Counted from the stretch's first letter, positions 10,048 to 20,255 are shown. The stretch: DNA of 64,000 nt from an uncultured delta proteobacterium (GCA_963816145.1 CAWFJP010000024.1:1-64000); one strand, 5' to 3'. Program-made: numbers and translations. The notes: generated by a model from the letters alone, not told the origin.

Positions 10048-12382
10048 TCACGTGAGTTCCACCTCCACGCTGGCGATCTTGCCGTCAAACCGGAACGGCC
10101 TGCGGTCGAAATAGTCGAGCGACACCGGCGAACCGAGATCGACCCCCACGCCAAAGGTTTCGCTCGCGCTGAACGCGGCGGGAACGGTGCGCTTGACCGT
10201 GGTGCGGGCGACTTCTTTGCCGTCCAGGTTGATGACGACTTCGGCGGGTGAGAGCGGGCGCCGCTCCGTGAGCGTCGTCACGACTTCGATGCGGTGGTTG
10301 CCCGGGGCCAGTTTCCCTTTGCTGCGCGCTTGGTAGCGCTCGATGACCATCATATTGTACTCGTACACGAGCTGCCCCTTATCCATGAACAGCGTCAAAC
10401 CGCCGGACGCGCCGCCCAGCGCGTACAGGACTCCTGAAGCGTCCGCCCCGACTTCGGCATCGATCGCAACCCGGTTGCTCTCTCGGCCCAGGCCGGGTGC
10501 GGTGAACTCCGGCATGCGGGTCGTCGTCGCGTCGAACTTCCACCTCGTGTAGGGCGTCTTGATGCGGTCTTCCGGATGAATCCGCAGCCAGATGCCCGCG
10601 CCGATGGGAAACACCTTGTTCTCCTTGGCTTCCTTCAAGAACAGCGCTTTCATCTTCTCCAGCCGCTTCGGCTCCTTTGTGGCCAGATCGTGGGCCTGGG
10701 AAAAGTCCTTCGTCAGGTCGTAGAGTTCCCAGACGTCTTGGTTCGAGTCCCAGGTCGCCAGTCCCGGGCTGACCGTGAGCCACGGCGTAAGCGGGCCGAA
10801 GGTGCATGCATACCAGCCGTCGTGGTAGATGCCGCGGCTGCCGTTGTTGTCGAAGTACTGAGTGCTCTTGCGTCCCGGCGCCTTGGCGCGTGCGAAGGTG
10901 TAGGCCATGCTGGTGCCGTCGATGGCGTCCTGCTTGAAACCGTCCACTACCTTGGGCGCTTTGATGTCCAGGATGTCGTAAATCGTCGGCACGATGTCGT
11001 TGACATGGTGGAACTGCGCGCGCGGCGTCTTGTCGGGCTTGATGCGCGCCGGCCACGAGACGGCCATCGGGTTGCGCGTGCCGCCGAAGTGCGACGCGAT
11101 CAGCTTGGTGTGATGGAACGGCGTGTCGCCGGCCCAGGCCCAACCGGCGTGGTACATGTTGTCGACCTTGGGTCCGCCGAGCGCGTCGAGGCCGCCGATC
11201 TGGTTCCAACGCTTCGATCTGCTGCTGCACCGTGTTGGGGATCTGGTTCTGCGCCAGCAACTCGCTGATGGTGCCGTTCTGGCCTTCGGCGCTCGAGCCG
11301 TTGTCGCCCCAGATGTAGAAGATGATGGTGTTGTCGCCGATGCCGAGATCATCGAGCCCGTCGACGACCTTGCCCACCTGGTCATCGACATGCTCGACGA
11401 AGCCGGCAAAGACTTCCATCAAGCGCCGCTGGAAAGGGCGTTCCGATTCCGGGATCGTGTCCCACGCCGGCATCGTGTCGGCGCGCGGCGTGAGCTGAGC
11501 GTCCGGCGGAATCCAACCAAGCTCTTTCTGGCGCTTGAAGATGCGCTCGCGCATGGCGTCCCAGCCGTCGTCAAACTGGCCTTTGTACTTGTCGGCCCAC
11601 TCCTTGAAGATGTGGTGCGGCCCATGCGCCGCGCCGGGCGCCCAGTACATGAGAAACGGCTTGTCCGGAGCATAGGCGCGGTGGTGCTTCATCCAGGTCA
11701 CGGCACGCTCGGCCAGGTCTTCGCTCAAGTGATACTTCTCGCTGTTCTCACCGGCGGGCGGCTCGATCGGATTGACGTTCTCGTAAAGCCGTGGCTCCCA
11801 TTGCGAAGTCTCGCCGGCCATGAAGCCGTAGAAGTAGTCAAAGCCGTGGCCGGTGGGCCAGCGGTCGAACGGGCCCATCGCGGTGGTCTGATCGGCAGGC
11901 GTGTTGTGCCATTTGCCGAAGGCGGCGGTCTTATAGCCATAGTGGCGCAAGGTTTCCGCGAGGGTGGCGGCGGTTTTAGGGATCACGCCCAGATAGCCGT
12001 CCCAGTCCACGGCGCGCTCGGCAATGGTGCCGTTACCGACGCGCTGATGATTGCGCCCGGTCAAAAGCGCAGCACGAGTGGGCGAGCAGATCGCCGTGGT
12101 ATGAAACCGGTTGTAGCTGATGCCGGCGTTCGCCACACGCGTAAGCGTGGGCGTGCGGATCACGCCGCCGTAGGTGTCGGGCAGGCCGAATCCCACATCG
12201 TCGAGCAGCACGATGAGGATATTGGGCGCATCCTTGGGCAAGCGGCGCTTGTCGACGCGCCGCTTATGCTTCGATTGCTGCAGGGTGACGCCGGCAATGC
12301 TGGCCGACGGCGTCGGTGCAAACGGCAGCACCGAGCCGTCCGGCGTTTTCTGCGGTGATCGCTTATTTCTTTTTGCATTCAT
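10048..12382 (-). CDS. Arylsulfatase (Cys-type), split by a frameshift at about 11205
   Basis: N-part has CSPTR and GKWH (10379..12382 frame); C-part QIGGLDALGGPK…GGTRNPM is in the 10048..11409 frame. Confidence 0.88.
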
Positions 12383-12557
12383 ATCGTCTCGTTCCTTGTG
12401 GATGCACGACTCTCTTGCCCATCACAGACGAATACGGCAACACCGGTGCTGCGGGCCGGTTGACCAACTTGTTGGTCACCGGAAAGCCAGCCCGATGGCG
12501 ATCCATTGATTCCAGTTGTTATCGATCGCTCCCGTCCCATAGTTGCCGCATTACAAC

Positions 12558-12591
12558 ACGACCCCCAGGGCCAGTTGGACCCGGGGGTCGT
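12558..12591 (-). terminator. Hairpin downstream of 12651..13055
   Basis: acgaccccc…gggggtcgt with inner gggcca/tggaccc pairing. Confidence 0.45.
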
Positions 12592-12650
12592 TCATCTATC
12601 CACTTCTGTCGCTTCACGACCTGCTCTTTCGGTGTGATCGGTCTTGCCCG

Positions 12651-13055
12651 TTATCGAATAAGCGCTGCTTCGGTTCCAGTAAACTCAGTCACGTAACCAT
12701 ACTGATCGACGCGAAGGTTGCGGGTTTCACCCGCTGAATTTATCGCATCGATGAGATATTCGACCGAATAGAAGGATTGAACCTTTCCGGTGGCCGGGTC
12801 TTTCCTAACGCAGACGGTGTTATACCCTCCGCCGTAGCCGCTGGGCCGCACTACTCTATAGCCGGCGAGGTTTTTGTCGGCATAGAGTTGAGCCAAGTCC
12901 CGCGCTTGGTCCTCGGTTATTTTCTCTTTCGTCGCCTTGACCTGGGGACAATTTGCGCTGCTTACTACGACCATTTGCGCCACGGACACACCGGACAGCG
13001 CCAAGATCCCCGCTGCGGCGACGATCGGCGATAATGCTAAGCGTAATTTCTTCAT
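12651..13055 (-). CDS. Secreted hypothetical protein (PepSY-like pattern)
   Basis: RBS ggagg, signal peptide, 'ITEDQARDLA…Y' and 'LRVDQYGYV'; two Cys. Confidence 0.65.
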   Translation of the reverse strand: MKKLRLALSPIVAAAGILALSGVSVAQMVVVSSANCPQVKATKEKITEDQARDLAQLYADKNLAGYRVVRPSGYGGGYNTVCVRKDPATGKVQSFYSVEYLIDAINSAGETRNLRVDQYGYVTEFTGTEAALIR

Positions 13056-13225
13056 GACTGCTTTCCTCCACTGAATTTTATTTGCTGAGTTGCTGATACC
13101 TGAACTCCTGTGCCCCCCATCGACGTGATGAGAGCTGCCTTTACCAACATTTTATTTGACCCTTTAACTTGGGCGGGCTGGTTATTCGTGTTTCTTGATA
13201 CATGCGCCGTCTCCTCTCGCAAGTC

Positions 13226-13714
13226 TCACTGCGGCGGATTTACCACGATGTAAGTCACCGACGATCCCTGGTACTGCGGTTGATAATAAGCGCCGCCGCA
13301 CTGCTGGTACGTGACGCCATTGACGACGACAACCGAGCAGGCCGGCGGCAGCGTGCGGACCATCGAGCCGACAACGGCACTGGTAACCATGACTCCTGCC
13401 GTGACGGCCGCCGCGGTTCCCACCGCCCTGCCGACGGAGTTGTGGTGGCGGTCCACATCGACATCGATGTCGACATTGCGGTTGACATTGCGATTGACGT
13501 TGCGGTCAACGTTGACGTTGGTGTTCCGGTTTACGTTGGTGTTGCGATTAACGTTAGTGTTGCGGTTGTTGTTGGTGTTTTTGTTGACGCTTGTGCGCGT
13601 GTTGTTCTTGATTTCCCGCGCCGCGGCGACTACCGGCATGGTTAGATCCACGCTGGTTGCAACCAGGACCAGGGCCACAAGCCCGGTTAGCTTTCCGCCA
13701 GTGAATTTGTTCAT
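13226..13714 (-). CDS. Secreted/membrane protein with Asn-rich N(T/R)NVNR repeats and a C-terminal Cys-pair domain
   Basis: ATG at 13714 after aggaga; NTNNNRNTNVNRNTNVNRNTNVNVDRNVNRNVNRNVDIDVD; LPPAC…NGVTYQQCGGAYYQP. Confidence 0.75.
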   Translation of the reverse strand: MNKFTGGKLTGLVALVLVATSVDLTMPVVAAAREIKNNTRTSVNKNTNNNRNTNVNRNTNVNRNTNVNVDRNVNRNVNRNVDIDVDVDRHHNSVGRAVGTAAAVTAGVMVTSAVVGSMVRTLPPACSVVVVNGVTYQQCGGAYYQPQYQGSSVTYIVVNPPQ

Positions 13715-13728
13715 GAAATATCTCCTGT

Positions 13729-14532
13729 TTATTTCTTGACTGCGGCCGGCGCGTCGGTGGTGGCAATATCTATCTTCAACGCGCCCTTCGGCGGCACGAA
13801 GGTAAAGATCTTGTCGTCTAGCTTCGGCGCCAGATCCCACTTCAGCACGGCGATGAATTGCGGTTGCGCCGGCTCATCGGTGGTGGTGATCACGAGCTTT
13901 CGCGGCAGCGGCGTTTTGCCGCTTTCGATCCAGATCTGCCAATCGACGTCCTGCTGGCGAAAGGCGTAGTGGTTGCAATCGACGCCGCCGATGCGGCTCG
14001 TGCCGAGTAAGATAGCCGACTTGATGTCGTTCAGGCCGTCTTTGTCTGTGCCCCAAAAAAACAGGTCGGCGAGCGGCCACTCCAGGCCGTACTTCTCGTC
14101 TAGAACCTGGAGCAGCTCAGGAATCGTCGGCGGTGCGGCAACTGTGGCATAGTAGCCGTTGATTGGCCCGTATTGCGTCACCGTCTTGCCGTTATAAAAG
14201 TACTGGCGCTTTTTGCGGTCCGAGTTGATCTCAGCTCGCAGGCCGTTGGGCATGCGCACACGGTATTCCACCGTCCCGCCGAACTGAACCTTCTGGCCGT
14301 TGTCGAGCACTTCATCTTTGCTGGTCTCTGACCGAAGCGCGAAGGTTTTAAGTTTACGCAGCTCGGCGCCCATCGCCTTGAGCGCGTCGATCGCCTTGGG
14401 CTCGATCGCGGGAGTCTGTTGCGCGTGACAGACGCCGGTAAGCGCTGCCAGCGCAAGTGCCAGCGCGGCCATTCGGACTCGTCGAGTGGACATCATTATG
14501 TTTGCCTCCTTATTCTGCTGTTGTTGTTTCAT
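13729..14532 (-). CDS. DUF2092 family periplasmic protein (LolA-like fold)
   Basis: GQKVQF…RMPNGLRA…YYATVAAPPTI…PLADL…CNHYAFRQQDVDWQIWI…PLPRKLVIT. Confidence 0.85.
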   Translation of the reverse strand: MKQQQQNKEANIMMSTRRVRMAALALALAALTGVCHAQQTPAIEPKAIDALKAMGAELRKLKTFALRSETSKDEVLDNGQKVQFGGTVEYRVRMPNGLRAEINSDRKKRQYFYNGKTVTQYGPINGYYATVAAPPTIPELLQVLDEKYGLEWPLADLFFWGTDKDGLNDIKSAILLGTSRIGGVDCNHYAFRQQDVDWQIWIESGKTPLPRKLVITTTDEPAQPQFIAVLKWDLAPKLDDKIFTFVPPKGALKIDIATTDAPAAVKK

Positions 14533-14660
14533 CTATTTCCTATCTATTTGCCGTTGCCATCAAAGGTCTCTGAATCTGAAGTGGATGTCATTTGTTCAAT
14601 TAGGGCCATGGGGGTCGCTTTCTTGCCGGACATGAAGGTTTTCCGTCGAGTGAACCTCGA

Positions 14661-15551
14661 TCACCTTCGTGCTGCGGCAACCTTTGATGGCCCGAGGTTT
14701 TGTGCTTTGAATTGAGCTTTGCGCCAGCGCATATACGGCATCGCCGCTAGGGCAGCCATTAATAAGTAGGCAACCACGATCGGCAGCGGCTTCGCGTTGG
14801 GAAAGTTCAACGATGCAATGAGCAAGCCCAGGGCGGGAAAACGAGTCGCACAGGCGAGCGCCAGAGTGGTGCGATCGTTTGGATCCGGTCCACCCAGGAC
14901 ATGGCCGACCGCCAATGAGGCAAGCGTCATCACAACGATGAGCAAAAACGCCGGCATGCCTATTCCAACAATAACGGAGAAATTGGTCGCCACAATCAGG
15001 AGAATCAGGACTAACAGGACGATACCTGCATAAGTGATGAGCGGCTCGCCGATGCGCTCGGCCAGCGTCGGCCAGAAGTAGCGCACGGCCATGCCGGCGA
15101 GGAGCGGCGCAAGAAACCCCGTCGCGATAACGGAAGCAACCTGGCCCGGAGGGACACTGGCGTCCCTGTGAAAGAACGCGCTTAGTGCGGCGAGCGAGAG
15201 CGGCACGGTGACGATCGCCAGCAGCGCCATAATAACGGCCAAACTGTAGACGTAGGGTGGGTTGGCGCCGAGCTTGAACAACTTCTTTGGCAGGGCTGGA
15301 GCGCCGGCCGAGATGGCCATCAGCAACACCGCAATTTTGACTGGCAAGGGCGCAGTGAAAACGAGCACCAGCAGCACGGCGATCAGCGGCGTCAGCACGT
15401 ACATCGCCAGCAGCGAGCGCGCGAGCAGTTGCGGCCTGTGCAGCAAGTAGGCGACGTCTTCCCAGGTCGCTTTGAGACCAAGGGCAAACACGGTGGAGAG
15501 TATGCATAGGCGCAGCACTAAGCCGATAAATTCGGCGACAGACAGGTCCAT
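14661..15551 (-). CDS. Bile acid:sodium symporter (SBF/BASS) family transporter
   Basis: Multi-TM; VFALGL…ARSLLAMYVLTP…SAGAPALP…GHVLGGP…LALACATR; start MDLSV. Confidence 0.8.
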   Translation of the reverse strand: MDLSVAEFIGLVLRLCILSTVFALGLKATWEDVAYLLHRPQLLARSLLAMYVLTPLIAVLLVLVFTAPLPVKIAVLLMAISAGAPALPKKLFKLGANPPYVYSLAVIMALLAIVTVPLSLAALSAFFHRDASVPPGQVASVIATGFLAPLLAGMAVRYFWPTLAERIGEPLITYAGIVLLVLILLIVATNFSVIVGIGMPAFLLIVVMTLASLAVGHVLGGPDPNDRTTLALACATRFPALGLLIASLNFPNAKPLPIVVAYLLMAALAAMPYMRWRKAQFKAQNLGPSKVAAARR

Positions 15552-16402
15552 GACAGCTCCTCTTCCTGAGGAATTCTTCTCAGTGCAGTTGGGGTTCGGG
15601 CGAGAAAGGCTCGATAAATCCCGAGAACGTCGTCGCTTTCGTTGTGTAAAAAATGTCCCACGCCAGGGACAATGTTGACCTCGCAATTAGGTATCTGGGC
15701 GGCGGCCAGGGTGATATCTTCTAAATCCATGACGGTATCCAGGGCGCCATTGATGATGAGGGTTTGGGCTCTGATGCTATGAAGATCGACGACTTCATCA
15801 ATATGCTTGGTAGATTGGAGCAACTCGCCGTGGGCATGAAAATTCTCCAGATGTTCCTTTGTGATGTTCTTAAATTGATCGTACATTTTCCGTTTGAAGG
15901 ATTCGTTTAGGTGCTGGCCGAAGTACTTGATGATGACGCCGGCCACCTGTTCGCCGGTGGCGGTGCCATTTAGTCGTTGGCCTTCTTTGATCGCCTGCAC
16001 CAACTTTTCGTTTACCCGGATGCCAAAACTGGCCAAGATGATTTTGTCGACCCAGTGAGGAAAGCGCGCGGCAAACGCGGCAACCACGACGCCGCCCCAA
16101 GAGGCGCCGGCAAGGATCGATCGATCCGGGCGATTTTGCGCGGCGAGAACTTGCTGTAAGACTTCGATCTGCTCATCTAAGCCAACCACAGACGAACCGG
16201 AGATGATTCGCGCGCGCCCCTGGCCGGGAAAATCGAAGAGCAGCAAGCGGTAGTCCTTGCAAAAATAGTTTACCACCGGTCTCCAGGCTGCCATGGTTTG
16301 CTGCGCGCCATTGACACAGACCAGCAATTGGCTGCCTTTACCGAAGAGCCGGTACGGGATCACAAATCTGCCGGCAGTGAGTTCGCCTCTAGTGATGTTC
16401 AT
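15518..16402 (-). CDS. Alpha/beta hydrolase
   Basis: FDFPGQGR; nucleophile elbow GASWGG; GALD; GVGHFLH. Confidence 0.85.
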   Translation of the reverse strand: MNITRGELTAGRFVIPYRLFGKGSQLLVCVNGAQQTMAAWRPVVNYFCKDYRLLLFDFPGQGRARIISGSSVVGLDEQIEVLQQVLAAQNRPDRSILAGASWGGVVVAAFAARFPHWVDKIILASFGIRVNEKLVQAIKEGQRLNGTATGEQVAGVIIKYFGQHLNESFKRKMYDQFKNITKEHLENFHAHGELLQSTKHIDEVVDLHSIRAQTLIINGALDTVMDLEDITLAAAQIPNCEVNIVPGVGHFLHNESDDVLGIYRAFLARTPTALRRIPQEEELSWTCLSPNLSA

Positions 16403-16408
16403 ATTCAG

Positions 16409-17044
16409 TCAGCGAGCAACACCGCGATAGCAGCAACGCCGACAGCGTTTCGGAATAGTAATTTCATTTGGCATCCCTACTAACAGGAATGAACCTAGCG
16501 AATGTGACAAAGTCCGTCTATTGTACTTTGGTACATGTCCTTTGGTACAAGTACCGCCGCCGGCATGGGTCGAACATCGATGGTTCTCATGCGCACAAAC
16601 ATCCCAGGTGTCGTCCTGGCGGCGTTGTCCGGAAATTGCGTCGGCTGGCGCTACCGCCCGCCGGACGGCCTGCAGTAGCGAGCTGCCAGGAAACGGTTTG
16701 CGTAAATAGGCAACACATCCCGTGCGGCGCGCTCGCTCACGAGTCTCAGGCTCGTCAAGAGCTGTGATGAAAATGATCGGCGGAACCGCACCTGTAGCGG
16801 CGAGACGTGTCTGCAAATCGAAGCCGGACTCCCGGCCGAGATGAATATCGAGCACCAGGCAATCCACCCGCGCGCGGCTTGCATCTTGCCAGAACGCTTC
16901 GGACGTCAAGTAACTGAGCGAATGAAAACCAGCGGCGCGCAGCAAGCGCTCGAGCGCGCGGCAGACGCTGGCATCGTCATCGACAATCACGACGTTTATT
17001 TTGTTTGGGGTCATTTGCAGTCGCGCGCTTTGGAAGAGATGCAC
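16409..17044 (-). CDS. Single-domain response regulator receiver; the C-terminal ~80 aa are probably read-through
   Basis: VVIVDDD…CLVLDIHL…IIFITA…YLRKPF; the domain ends at about 16640. Confidence 0.8.
   Translation of the reverse strand: MHLFQSARLQMTPNKINVVIVDDDASVCRALERLLRAAGFHSLSYLTSEAFWQDASRARVDCLVLDIHLGRESGFDLQTRLAATGAVPPIIFITALDEPETRERARRTGCVAYLRKPFPGSSLLQAVRRAVAPADAISGQRRQDDTWDVCAHENHRCSTHAGGGTCTKGHVPKYNRRTLSHSLGSFLLVGMPNEITIPKRCRRCCYRGVAR
16519..16552. promoter_or_regulatory. Two overlapping degenerate palindromic sites upstream of the hydrolase
   Basis: tattgtac-tttg-gtacatgt and acatgtcc-tttg-gtacaagt; TAGGTT on - strand at 16497-16492. Confidence 0.65.
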
Positions 17045-17075
17045 CGGCAGGATAGCCGCATGCTGGAAAGCTTTC

Positions 17076-17095
17076 TATTGTACTTCAGTACAATA
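17076..17095. promoter_or_regulatory. Palindromic regulator site upstream of the receiver gene
   Basis: (tc)tattgtac-ttca-gtacaata(ga), perfect; TATCCT on - strand at 17054-17049. Confidence 0.8.
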
Positions 17096-17210
17096 GAGGA
17101 AGGGTCGAGGGACGAGTGGCGACAATGGCAAGATGTTTTTCAGCCCCGTCGAAACCCGAGGCTCGACACCTATCCGTTATTCGCCTGTGAGGAGTGGTGA
17201 GTGACGGCGC

Positions 17211-17834
17211 TTATGGCGCTGGCTCGATGCCCAGTTCTTGAGCGAAGCGGACAAGTTCAGCGACAGATTGCACGTTAAGCTTGTCCATGATGCTGGCCCG
17301 GTGCGCCTTGATGGTGCGTTCCGTGATGCCCACGTCGAAGGCGATTTGCTTGTTCAGTTTGCCACTAATAATGTGAACCAGCACCTCGCGCTCCCGGGCG
17401 CTGAGCGTATCGAAGCGCGCGTGTAAGGCGCGCGCGTGCGTGCGTCGACGGCGCTGCTCGGCCTCCAGGGAAAACGCCCGTTCTATGGCCTCAAACAAGA
17501 TCTGTTTCTTAACCGGTTTGCTGAGAAAATCCACTGCCCCGTGACGCATGGCGCGAACGCTAGTGGGAATGTCGCCGTGTCCGGAAAGGAAAATAAGCGG
17601 CAAGGGACTGTTCTGTGCAACCAGCAAGGCCTGCAAATTGAGGCCGCTCTGCCCAGGCATGCGCAGATCCGTCACCACGCAGCCGGCGGTGTCGGGTGTG
17701 AGGCGTTTAAGCAAATCGGCCACGGTGGTGAAGGTTTGCACAGTGTAGCCACCAGCACGAAGCAGGCGGGAGACAGCGGTGAGGAATGACGAGTCGTCAT
17801 CGACGACATAAACAGTGGCAATTGGCGAGGGCAT
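17211..17834 (-). CDS. FixJ/LuxR-family DNA-binding response regulator
   Basis: VYVVDDD…TDLRMPG…SGHGDIPTSVRAM…LSAREREVL…LNKQIA…TIKAHRASIMDKL. Confidence 0.93.
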   Translation of the reverse strand: MPSPIATVYVVDDDSSFLTAVSRLLRAGGYTVQTFTTVADLLKRLTPDTAGCVVTDLRMPGQSGLNLQALLVAQNSPLPLIFLSGHGDIPTSVRAMRHGAVDFLSKPVKKQILFEAIERAFSLEAEQRRRRTHARALHARFDTLSAREREVLVHIISGKLNKQIAFDVGITERTIKAHRASIMDKLNVQSVAELVRFAQELGIEPAP

Positions 17835-17835
17835 G

Positions 17836-17925
17836 GGTGATCGGTGATCAGTTATCGGTTAACAGTAAACGGTTATCAGTCTCGTAGTTACTGACCCCTG
17901 TTCACCGATCTCTGTCCCCCCCACT
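17836..17925. repeat. Heptamer-armed element (GGTGATC/AGTTATC family) overlapping the kinase 3' end
   Basis: ggtgatc-ggtgatc-agttatc-ggttaac-agtaaac-ggttatc … tactgac-ccctgtt-caccgat-ctctgtc. Confidence 0.65.
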
Positions 17926-19817
17926 GGAAGCGTGAACCTGAACGTCGCGCCGCCGTCAGGATTGTTCTCCGCCCAGATGCGTCCGCCATGGGCTTCGAGA
18001 ATAGTCTGCGAGATGGCCAATCCCATGCCCATGCCTTCAGGCTTGGTCGTATAAAACGGCTCAAACAACTGCGCCATGGCGTCCGGCGCAATGCCGCGAC
18101 CGTAGTCGGCAACCGCCACTTCGACGACGCTGTCTGCGCTAAGACGAGCGGTTACCCGTATGCGGCGGCGCGCCTTCGGGCAATCATTTGAACTGTCCAT
18201 GGCGTTGAACAGGAGGTTGAGCAGCACCTGCTGCAAATGCACGCGGTCACCGCGTACCAAGGGCAGATCGGGCTCAAGTCTAGCTTCGATCGCGATGTCG
18301 CGCGCGAGGGCCGCGTTCTGCACCAAGATGACAACTTCATCGATCAGCTCGCCGATGGCTAGGTTGCTCAATTTCAGCTCTCGCCGCTCGAGCAGTGCCC
18401 GCATGCGCTGAATGATATCGCTGGCACGCTCGTCGTCCCTGCGGATGTCGGCGAGAATCGCGCGCAACTCCTCCCAGGCAGGTGGTTGGGTCTGGAGGAT
18501 AAGCTCCGCTGCCTCAGCGTTGCTGAGAATCGCTCCGAGCGGCTGATTCAGTTCGTGCGCCAGTGTGGTGGTGAGCTGACCCATGGTTGAAATCCGGCTT
18601 GCGTGTGAAAGTTCGTGCTGTAATCGCTGTACTTTTACCTCCGCCCGCCGGCGGCGCACGCGCTGTCCCACGAGGCCCGCGATCAACAGCGTCTGCACCG
18701 CACCGATGGCAACCGCTGCGATAACATACCAACGGTACTGCTCCCACATCGACGGCGTGCGGAACTGAACCACGCTGCCGGGCGGCAGCCGGCGCTCGCT
18801 GATGCCCCAGCGCCGAAGCGCGCGCCAGTCGAACATCGGCACGCCTTGGGTGCGGATTTCAAATGGCAATGAAGCCGGCGCGGCGCCATTAAGAATGCTG
18901 TGGGCGAGCTCACCGGCTCTTTTCCCCAAGGCTTCGAGACTAACCACAGACCCGCCGACATGCCCTCTGCCGATGCCGATGTCAAACAAGTTATAAACCG
19001 GAACGTTGGCTGATTTCGCAATCATCTCGGCGACCTGTCCACGAACAAACGCCTCGCCGGCCGAGTCCCGCAACATGCTAGCAAACAGAATCGCCGTGCG
19101 CGCCGGCATGGACCCTACCGCCCGTGGCACCTCGGCAAAAGTTAGGTTGGTTAAGAACTCAAACTCGACTTTTCCGGCCAACGGCCGGGCAGCTGTTTTA
19201 GCGCGGTCAACGTAGGTACGGTCCAACGCCGAGGTGCCGGCAACCATCACGATGCGGCGCGTTTCGGGTTGAGCCTTCATGATCAACTCCATTGTCCCGC
19301 GCAGATCAGCGCGGGCAAACACCCCGGTGACGTTGGCGCCCAGGCGCTCGCGCGGAACCTCTTCTTCGCCAATGACGCCGAAGGTGACGAGCGGCAAATC
19401 AGGGAAAAGGCTTCTCGACAATGTTTCGACCAGCTCAAAGTTTCGCGAATAATTTACGATGAGCAGATCGGGGGGACGCTGGGCATATTTCTCGCGCAGG
19501 TAAAGGTCGAACCGGCGGCGATCGCTTTCGCCGGGGAAACGGCTGGTGTCGAGATATTCGGAGTAGAACTCAAACCGGCCCGAGAGGAGTTTTTGTAGCG
19601 TATCCTGCACGGAACGCTCGACCAGCATAGTGGCCGGGAGAAAGCGGTTTTCCGGTGAAATTATAAGAATGCGCCGCGTACGCTCGGCCCCTTCGACGCT
19701 GCTTGCAACAATCAGAAAAAGCACCACGCAGAGTGGGTTTAGCCAGTCCCACGGGCGCGATCGGGGCTCTAAAATGGCATTTTTTTGCGCTTCGTCCATG
19801 CATCTCCTAAACCGCAA
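17859..19817 (-). CDS. Sensor histidine kinase (FixL-like HisKA/HATPase) with a periplasmic ABC-substrate-binding-like sensor
   Basis: LAHELNQPL H-box, LQQVLLNLLFNAMD, DYGRGI, GMGMGLAI; TM at WYVIAAVAI; no PAS domain. Confidence 0.92.
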   Translation of the reverse strand: MRFRRCMDEAQKNAILEPRSRPWDWLNPLCVVLFLIVASSVEGAERTRRILIISPENRFLPATMLVERSVQDTLQKLLSGRFEFYSEYLDTSRFPGESDRRRFDLYLREKYAQRPPDLLIVNYSRNFELVETLSRSLFPDLPLVTFGVIGEEEVPRERLGANVTGVFARADLRGTMELIMKAQPETRRIVMVAGTSALDRTYVDRAKTAARPLAGKVEFEFLTNLTFAEVPRAVGSMPARTAILFASMLRDSAGEAFVRGQVAEMIAKSANVPVYNLFDIGIGRGHVGGSVVSLEALGKRAGELAHSILNGAAPASLPFEIRTQGVPMFDWRALRRWGISERRLPPGSVVQFRTPSMWEQYRWYVIAAVAIGAVQTLLIAGLVGQRVRRRRAEVKVQRLQHELSHASRISTMGQLTTTLAHELNQPLGAILSNAEAAELILQTQPPAWEELRAILADIRRDDERASDIIQRMRALLERRELKLSNLAIGELIDEVVILVQNAALARDIAIEARLEPDLPLVRGDRVHLQQVLLNLLFNAMDSSNDCPKARRRIRVTARLSADSVVEVAVADYGRGIAPDAMAQLFEPFYTTKPEGMGMGLAISQTILEAHGGRIWAENNPDGGATFRFTLPVGGTEIGEQGSVTTRLITVYC

Positions 19818-19820
19818 AAG

Positions 19821-20192
19821 CTAACCCTGGTACCGCGCAAATACAACCCGATTGCCTGCCGCTGAGAGGCTTTTACTGAGCAGCGCGTCGTACTGCCAAT
19901 CACCGTACTTCCAAGCCAACATGCCGGGAACGAGGGCCAAGTCGCCGAGGCCAGACAGACTGTTCGTGCGCTTGACGAAGCCGAGCGGTGTCGCGACTTT
20001 CGCATTGACGACCACCCAGAGGTACGGTAGGAAGGCGGCGACGCTGTAGTGCGCGCCGAGGATCGTCGGCGCGAACGTGTAGAGACCGCCGAGGGTCAGG
20101 GCGCTGGTCTCGGCATGCAAGCCGGCGGTGACCCCGGCGGCGGTCGGGATCAGTTGGGAGACTGACGCATTACCCCCGTAGTGCAGGTACAT
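19821..20192 (-). pseudogene. Internal fragment of a SphA/MetA-pathway-type outer-membrane transporter
   Basis: YLHYGG…ILGAHY…LPY…SGLGDLALVPGMLAWK; truncated at both ends. Confidence 0.6.
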
Positions 20193-20255
20193 CGGTTAAA
20201 TACTTTGCGTCTTTCATTGGTATTACACTTATCCGCGTGCTCTTGCGCAAGCCGA

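Noticed and set aside
13460-13600. gttgac/gttgcg tandem repeats as a possible CRISPR array or VNTR
   Set aside because: They are in-frame codons of the Asn-rich protein; there is no repeat-spacer structure and no cas genes.
16409-16640. Cys/His-rich C-terminal extension of the receiver as a metal-binding domain
   Set aside because: It overlaps promoter palindromes and lower-GC intergenic-like DNA, so it is likely read-through.
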